Positions 59,320 to 64,000 of a stretch of DNA of 64,000 nt are shown here, in pieces; within the stretch, counting starts at the first letter, position 1, and each line of letters starts with the position of its first letter. Origin of the DNA: Vicinamibacterales bacterium (lineage in GTDB: Bacteria; Acidobacteriota; Vicinamibacteria; Vicinamibacterales; JAMQPK01); contig CAWAPZ010000003.1 of assembly GCA_963784045.1 (NCBI GenBank), positions 174,143-238,142 on the forward strand, written 5' to 3'. The notes below the pieces were generated by a model. That model had not been told where the DNA came from. It saw only the letters and a list, made by a program, of their open reading frames with translations, and ran no database searches. Position numbers and translations under genes: made by a program.

Positions 59320-59449
59320 CGACTACGGAAAGGTCAACAACTCAGTCCGGCGGCGTGAAAACCTTCGGATGACGTTACGGCGAGACGCGTGAGCGGTATG
59401 AAGGCCAAAACGGTGTGGATTATACCGGGCTGGGCCGGCGAAGCAGGAT

Positions 59450-59545
59450 GAATCCTCATTACGCCGTAGGGTAGACCGAACACTGGCCTGGGCCCTCAGT
59501 GCCAGCGCAGTTTCAGGATCCTCTGCGCCTTGGCGTCTTGCGGTG
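59450..59545 (-). repeat. Copy of the element on the minus strand (CACCGCAAGACGCCAAGGCGCAGAGGATCCTGAAAC...TGAGGATTC)
   Basis: Head is about 80 percent identical to the copy at 57730 and shares GGATCCTGAA with the copy at 21453. Lies 10 nt after the mrcA stop. Confidence 0.6.
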
Positions 59546-59555
59546 AGACAGAAAC

Positions 59556-61844
59556 TCAGTGCGGAAACGCCGTGCCCGGCTGTGTGCCTGAGATGAACGC
59601 TTCGTTGAGGCCGGTTGCGCCTTCCTCGGCGACCTCGCCGCTCGCGGCGTTGACCGGCACAAACACGATGTTGCCCGGCGGCGTGAATTCGGGTGGGTTC
59701 TTCGGGTCGCGCGTCTCGAGATACGCGCGCATGAATTCGATCCAGATCGGCAGCGCGGCCACGCCGCCCGTCTCGTTGTGGCCAATCGGCTTCCGCTCGT
59801 CATGGCCCAACCAGACGCCAACGGTGATGTCTGGATCGAAGCCGATGAACCACGCGTCGCCATAATCGTCAGTCGTTCCGGTCTTCCCCCCGAGCGGCCA
59901 GCCGAGCTTGGCGGCCGAGGCTGCCGTTCCGCGCTGCACGACGCCACGGAGGAGGTTCGTCATCACGAATGCCGTGTCGGCTCTAATCGCATCCTGCGGA
60001 TCGGAGCGGCCCTCTTCCAGAAGATTGCCCTCGCGATCTGAAATCTTGAGGACCGAATACGGCCGCATGCGCACGCCGCCGTTCGGAAACACCGAATAAG
60101 CGGATGTCATGTCCAGAAGTGTCAGGTCGGCGGCGCCGAGGGCGAGTGACAGGAACGGCTCGAGCTTCGTCTCGAGGCCGAACCGCCGCGCGTAAGCAAT
60201 CACTTGCGGCGGCGTCAGCGCGTCCATCATCTTCACTGCGGGCACGTTCCGCGAATCCTCCAGTGCGTGGCGGAGCGTGACGTTCCCCTCGTACTTGCCG
60301 TCGTAGTTCCGTGGTTGATACGGCGGCTGCCCCGGACCGGGCTCGTACCAGACGGGTTCGTCCACGATGACCGACGCGGGCGTATATCCGCGATCGATGG
60401 CGGCGGTGTAGACGATGGGCTTGAACAACGAACCCACCTGCCGGCGAGCCTGTGTGGCGCGATTGAATTTGCTGCGATCGAAGCTGAAGCCGCCGACCAT
60501 CGCCCGAATCTGGCCCGTGCGGTTGTCGATGGCAACGAGCGCGCCTTCGACGAGAGGCGACTGCTCGAGCGACACCGCCGAAATCTTCCCGGAGTCGTCC
60601 ATCTGCGTGACGAGAACGTCAATCAGGTCGCCCACCTTGAAGAGCGCCGGTGGCGCGCGTCTCCCCCATGCGATGCCGTCGCCGCGCAGCTCGGCAATCT
60701 GCTGGCCGATACGGACGCGCGCGGATGTCGGCGACACGTTCATGACTACGGCCGGGACGATGTCATCCTGCGCTATGGGCTGCGACCATCGTTCGTGACG
60801 GAACGTCTCGATGTTCTGGCCCTGTGCGGCGATGTTCGGCTTGTCGCGGCGGTAGCCGCGGCGCTTGTCGACAAGGCGCAGCCCGCGGTCGACGGCGCGG
60901 TTGGCGGCCCGCTGCAGGCGGATATCGATGCCCGTCTGGACGGAAAGCCCGCTTTCGTAAAGGGCCTTCGCACCATATTTCTGCTCCAGATATTTGCGGA
61001 CTTCTTCTGTGAAGAATGGGGCCACCGATCGAACCGGCTGCGGCTGGCCGCGCGTGACAATCGGCGTTTTCTTCGAGGTGTCGGCCTGTTCCTGGGTGAT
61101 GTACCCGTTGTCCGCCATCTGCTGCAGCGTGTAATCGCGGCGGAACTTTGCGGCGCCGCGATTGACGTACGGGCTCTGACGAGCGGGTGTCTGAATGATG
61201 CCGGCGATCATCGCGGCCTCTTCCAGCGTTACGTCTTTTGCGCGCTTGCCGAAGTAAAGCCGCGCGGCGGCTTCAACGCCGTACGTGCCGTGCCCGAAAA
61301 TCATCTGATTGCAGTAGAGCGTAAGGATCTCGCGCTTCGTATACCGTTTTTCGATCTGTATGGCGACGAGGATCTCCTTGATCTTCCGCTCCGGGCTCTT
61401 GTCGCCAAGCGTGAATCCCACTTCGGCGGCAAACAGGTTGCGCGCGAGCTGCATGGTGAGCGTGCTTGCCCCTGCGACCATACGGCGACGCAGAAGGTCG
61501 CTGGAGAGCCGCACGAGCATGGCTGACACGCTGAGCCCGAAGTGGTTGTTGAAGTCCTTGTCTTCGGCCGAGATGATCGCGTTGCGCAGGTGCGGAGAAA
61601 TCTCGTCGTACCAGATGACCAGACGGCGCTCCGTCGCAAACTCTCCGAGCGTCTCGCCATTCGATGCGTACACACGGGTGATGGCGTTCGGCGCATAGTC
61701 GTCGAGCGTGGAAATAAGCGGGAGGTCGCCTGCATACGCGAACATGACGCCGCTGAGCACGCCGAGGAGGGCGACGGCGATGAAGAGCGCGGCAAGTCCC
61801 GCGTGGCCGGCAAAGCGGATGACGAAGGTCTTGGTATTGGCCAC
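59556..61844 (-). CDS. mrcA: Penicillin-binding protein 1A (bifunctional glycosyltransferase/transpeptidase)
   Basis: GT51 motifs (EDKDFNNHFG, GASTLTMQLARN, RKIKE). Transpeptidase motifs SLFKP (SxxK), SRN and KTGTT. Confidence 0.92.
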   Translation of the reverse strand: MANTKTFVIRFAGHAGLAALFIAVALLGVLSGVMFAYAGDLPLISTLDDYAPNAITRVYASNGETLGEFATERRLVIWYDEISPHLRNAIISAEDKDFNNHFGLSVSAMLVRLSSDLLRRRMVAGASTLTMQLARNLFAAEVGFTLGDKSPERKIKEILVAIQIEKRYTKREILTLYCNQMIFGHGTYGVEAAARLYFGKRAKDVTLEEAAMIAGIIQTPARQSPYVNRGAAKFRRDYTLQQMADNGYITQEQADTSKKTPIVTRGQPQPVRSVAPFFTEEVRKYLEQKYGAKALYESGLSVQTGIDIRLQRAANRAVDRGLRLVDKRRGYRRDKPNIAAQGQNIETFRHERWSQPIAQDDIVPAVVMNVSPTSARVRIGQQIAELRGDGIAWGRRAPPALFKVGDLIDVLVTQMDDSGKISAVSLEQSPLVEGALVAIDNRTGQIRAMVGGFSFDRSKFNRATQARRQVGSLFKPIVYTAAIDRGYTPASVIVDEPVWYEPGPGQPPYQPRNYDGKYEGNVTLRHALEDSRNVPAVKMMDALTPPQVIAYARRFGLETKLEPFLSLALGAADLTLLDMTSAYSVFPNGGVRMRPYSVLKISDREGNLLEEGRSDPQDAIRADTAFVMTNLLRGVVQRGTAASAAKLGWPLGGKTGTTDDYGDAWFIGFDPDITVGVWLGHDERKPIGHNETGGVAALPIWIEFMRAYLETRDPKNPPEFTPPGNIVFVPVNAASGEVAEEGATGLNEAFISGTQPGTAFPH

Positions 61845-61862
61845 TGCGTCACTATTCTAACT

Positions 61863-61897
61863 GGCTTTAGGCTCTAGGCTTTAGGCTTTGGCTAAAG
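61863..61897. repeat. 7-bp tandem array: GGCTTTA GGCTCTA GGCTTTA GGCTTTG GCTAAAG
   Basis: Read directly. Lies in the divergent mrcA/dnaK spacer. Confidence 0.85.
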
Positions 61898-61929
61898 CCG
61901 CACAGTCTACGCCCAGAGCCGGCTTGTGC

Positions 61930-61958
61930 TTTACACAGAAGCACTCACATTTCATAAT
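61930..61958 (+). promoter_or_regulatory. Candidate dnaK promoter overlapped by an imperfect inverted repeat
   Basis: TTTACA, 17-nt spacer, CATAAT. The inverted repeat GCTTGTGCTT-N7-AAGCACTCAC spans the -35 box and spacer. Confidence 0.3.
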
Positions 61959-62009
61959 CAAAGAAGCCTAAAGGTTTGACGCGGCATTCACTCGTACGAG
62001 GGATTTCAT

Positions 62010-63914
62010 ATGAGCAAAATCATCGGCATCGATCTCGGCACTACCAATTCAGTCGTCGCGGTCATGGAGGGCGGGGAGCCAACCGTCATCACGAATCCAG
62101 AAGGCGGACGCCTGACGCCGTCCGTCGTGGCGTTCACGAAAGCGGGGGAGCGCCTCGTCGGCCAGGTCGCGAAGCGGCAGGCCGTGACGAATCCGGAGAA
62201 CACCGTCTTTTCGATCAAGCGCTTCATGGGACGCAAGTTCGATGAGGTGAACGAAGAAATGAAGATGGTGCCGTTTCGCGTGATACGCCCGGCCAACGGC
62301 GACGTGCGGATCGAAGCCGGTGCCAAGGAGTCCTCGCCTCCTGAGATCTCCGCGATGATTCTGCAGAAGCTGAAACAGGCGGCTGAGGAGTATCTCGGCC
62401 AGCCGGTGACCAAGGCCGTGATCACCGTCCCTGCGTACTTCAACGACGCCCAGCGCCAGGCCACGAAGGATGCGGGGCAGATCGCCGGCCTCGAAGTGAT
62501 GCGTATCGTCAACGAGCCCACGGCCGCGGCGCTCGCCTACGGGCTCGACAAGAAGAAGGACGAGACGATTGCCGTGTATGACTTCGGGGGCGGCACGTTC
62601 GACATCTCGATTCTCGAGGTCGGTGAAGGAGTCGTCGAGGTCAAGTCGACCAACGGGGACACGCACTTGGGAGGAGACAACCTCGACCAGAAAGTCATCG
62701 ACTGGATCGCGGCTGAGTTCAAGAAGAGCGACGGCATCGATCTCACGAAAGATCGCATGGCCCTTCAGCGCCTCAAGGAAGCCGCCGAGAAGGCGAAGAT
62801 GGAGCTCTCGTCGGTGATGGAAACCGACATCAGCCTGCCGTTCATCACGGCCGATGCTAGCGGCCCAAAGCACCTGGCGATGAAGCTGACGCGCGCGAGA
62901 TTCGAGCAGCTCGTCGAAGATCTGCTTCAGCGCACGGTAGGCCCGACCAGGCAGGCCCTCAAGGATGCCGGCGTCGAACCGGGCAAGATCGACGAGGTCG
63001 TTCTCGTCGGCGGGTCGACGCGCATTCCACGCGTGCAGGCGATCGTCAAAGAGCTGTTCGGGAAGGAGCCGCACAAAGGCGTGAACCCCGACGAAGTGGT
63101 CGCCGTGGGCGCGGCGATTCAGGCGGGCGTGCTCGCGGGCGAAGTGAAGGATCTGCTGCTCCTGGACGTGACGCCGCTGTCGCTCGGGATCGAGACGCTT
63201 GGAGGCGTGATGACGACCCTGATTCCCCGCAACACGACGATTCCCACACGCAAGAGCGAAGTCTTCTCGACGGCGGCCGACAACCAGACCAGCGTCGAAG
63301 TGCACGTGCTGCAGGGCGAGCGGCCGCTCGCGCGCGACAACCGCACGCTCGGCAGGTTCCATCTCATCGGTCTTCCACCGGCGCCGCGCGGGATCCCGCA
63401 GGTCGAAGTGACGTTCGACATCGACGCGAACGGCATCGTCAACGTCCAGGCGAAGGATCTGGGCACCGGCAAGGAGCAGAAGATTACGATCACTTCTTCG
63501 AGCGGCCTCAGCAAAGACGAGGTCGACAAGATGATGCGGGAGGCCGAATCGCACGCCGACGAAGACAAGAAGCGGCGGGATGAAATCGAGGCGCGCAACC
63601 GCGCCGACCAGACGGTCTATGCCGCCGAGCGAATGTTGAAGGACACCGGCGACAAGCTTTCGAGCGCCGACCGTACGGCCGTCGAATCCGCGATCGAAGA
63701 AGCCAAGAAGGCCAACGCGGGCACGGACATCTCGGCGATCAACGCCGCGATGGAGGCGTTGAACAAAGCGCAGCACGCCGCGGCTGAGAATCTTTACAAG
63801 CAGGCCGCCCAGACGCCCGGCGGGACCGCGCCATCCCCCGAAGACGGCGCGTCGCAACCCAACGGCCAGAAAGAAGGGGACGTGATCGACGCGGAAGTGG
63901 TGGATGACAAATAG
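62010..63914 (+). CDS. dnaK: Molecular chaperone DnaK (Hsp70)
   Basis: [26 protein letters not shown] and the full-length collinear Hsp70. Confidence 0.97.
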   Translation: MSKIIGIDLGTTNSVVAVMEGGEPTVITNPEGGRLTPSVVAFTKAGERLVGQVAKRQAVTNPENTVFSIKRFMGRKFDEVNEEMKMVPFRVIRPANGDVRIEAGAKESSPPEISAMILQKLKQAAEEYLGQPVTKAVITVPAYFNDAQRQATKDAGQIAGLEVMRIVNEPTAAALAYGLDKKKDETIAVYDFGGGTFDISILEVGEGVVEVKSTNGDTHLGGDNLDQKVIDWIAAEFKKSDGIDLTKDRMALQRLKEAAEKAKMELSSVMETDISLPFITADASGPKHLAMKLTRARFEQLVEDLLQRTVGPTRQALKDAGVEPGKIDEVVLVGGSTRIPRVQAIVKELFGKEPHKGVNPDEVVAVGAAIQAGVLAGEVKDLLLLDVTPLSLGIETLGGVMTTLIPRNTTIPTRKSEVFSTAADNQTSVEVHVLQGERPLARDNRTLGRFHLIGLPPAPRGIPQVEVTFDIDANGIVNVQAKDLGTGKEQKITITSSSGLSKDEVDKMMREAESHADEDKKRRDEIEARNRADQTVYAAERMLKDTGDKLSSADRTAVESAIEEAKKANAGTDISAINAAMEALNKAQHAAAENLYKQAAQTPGGTAPSPEDGASQPNGQKEGDVIDAEVVDDK

Positions 63915-63948
63915 GGATTAGGGATTGGGATTAGGGATTAGGGATTTG
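63914..63948. repeat. Roughly 7-bp tandem array: GGGATTA GGGATT GGGATTA GGGATTA GGGATTT
   Basis: Five GGG runs separated by 3-4 nt. Fills the dnaK/dnaJ spacer and overlaps the dnaJ TTG. Confidence 0.92.
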
Positions 63949-64000
63949 GATCTATACGAGCTCCTCGGAATCGCGCGGGGCGCGACGCTGATTGACATCA
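63946..64000 (+). CDS. dnaJ: DnaJ, N-terminal J-domain start (partial; runs off window)
   Basis: TTG 63946, then DLYELLGIARGATLIDI, the canonical J-domain opening. Located directly after dnaK. Confidence 0.6.
   Translation, partial: MDLYELLGIARGATLIDI

Noticed and set aside
59419-59424. Perfect TATAAT (minus strand) upstream of abgT with a 5' UTR of about 90 nt; possible folate- or ZTP-type riboswitch
   Set aside because: There is no acceptable -35 box, and I could not recognise THF or ZTP (pfl) conserved cores in the UTR. Noted as a possible -10 element only.
61845-62009. CIRCE (HrcA) or HAIR (HspR) operator upstream of dnaK
   Set aside because: The only inverted repeat (GCTTGTGCTT-N7-AAGCACTCAC) matches neither consensus as I recall them. 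It is reported only as a generic operator candidate.

Overview
GC-rich chromosomal window, probably Acidobacteriota. That inference rests on a VWFA-related Acidobacterial-type VWA protein paired with DUF4159, and on overall gene content. I call about 57 tightly packed protein-coding genes, almost all housekeeping:
- Chemotaxis and sulfate activation: cheW(partial)-cheA-cheY and cysD-cysNC.
- DNA repair and nearby genes: uvrA, a HEAT-repeat gene, mpg, htrA, efp, tdk, ku, uvrC.
- Core functions: trpS, scpA/scpB, rluB-like, cmk, rpsA, ihfB, a HIT protein, an acyl-CoA dehydrogenase.
- A split B12-dependent acyl-CoA mutase, then valS, nadC, birA, coaX, argS, mobA.
- An envelope run: V4R-TPR-NfeD-SPFH-SPOR-(REC-GGDEF-EAL)-lnt.
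- prfB with its programmed +1 frameshift, abgT, mrcA, dnaK, and the start of dnaJ.

I found no rRNA, tRNA, CRISPR array, transposase or integrase. The only clear accessory insertion is a RES/Xre toxin-antitoxin pair plus a bipartite basic/acidic protein, which splits the conserved cmk-rpsA-ihfB arrangement.

The most unusual signal is non-genic. At least 16 degenerate tandem arrays with a strict 7-bp period occupy intergenic spacers (unit families GGGATTN/CCCCAAT, TAGAATC, AAAACGA, GAAAGTN, TGAGAGC, GGCTTTA, ACGGTNA). They often run from a stop codon to the next start codon. Two arrays sit in frame inside essential genes (argS, uvrA).

Other points of interest:
- A perfect 38-nt palindrome inside argS.
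- A 112-bp structured element bounded by 22-bp inverted repeats.
- A roughly 110-bp repeat family placed just after stop codons.
- A leader ORF plus terminator upstream of the mutase.
- An apparent frameshift in a conserved hypothetical gene.
- An lnt gene with no canonical start codon for its conserved N-terminus.

All calls come from reading the sequence and the ORF track. No database search was run.
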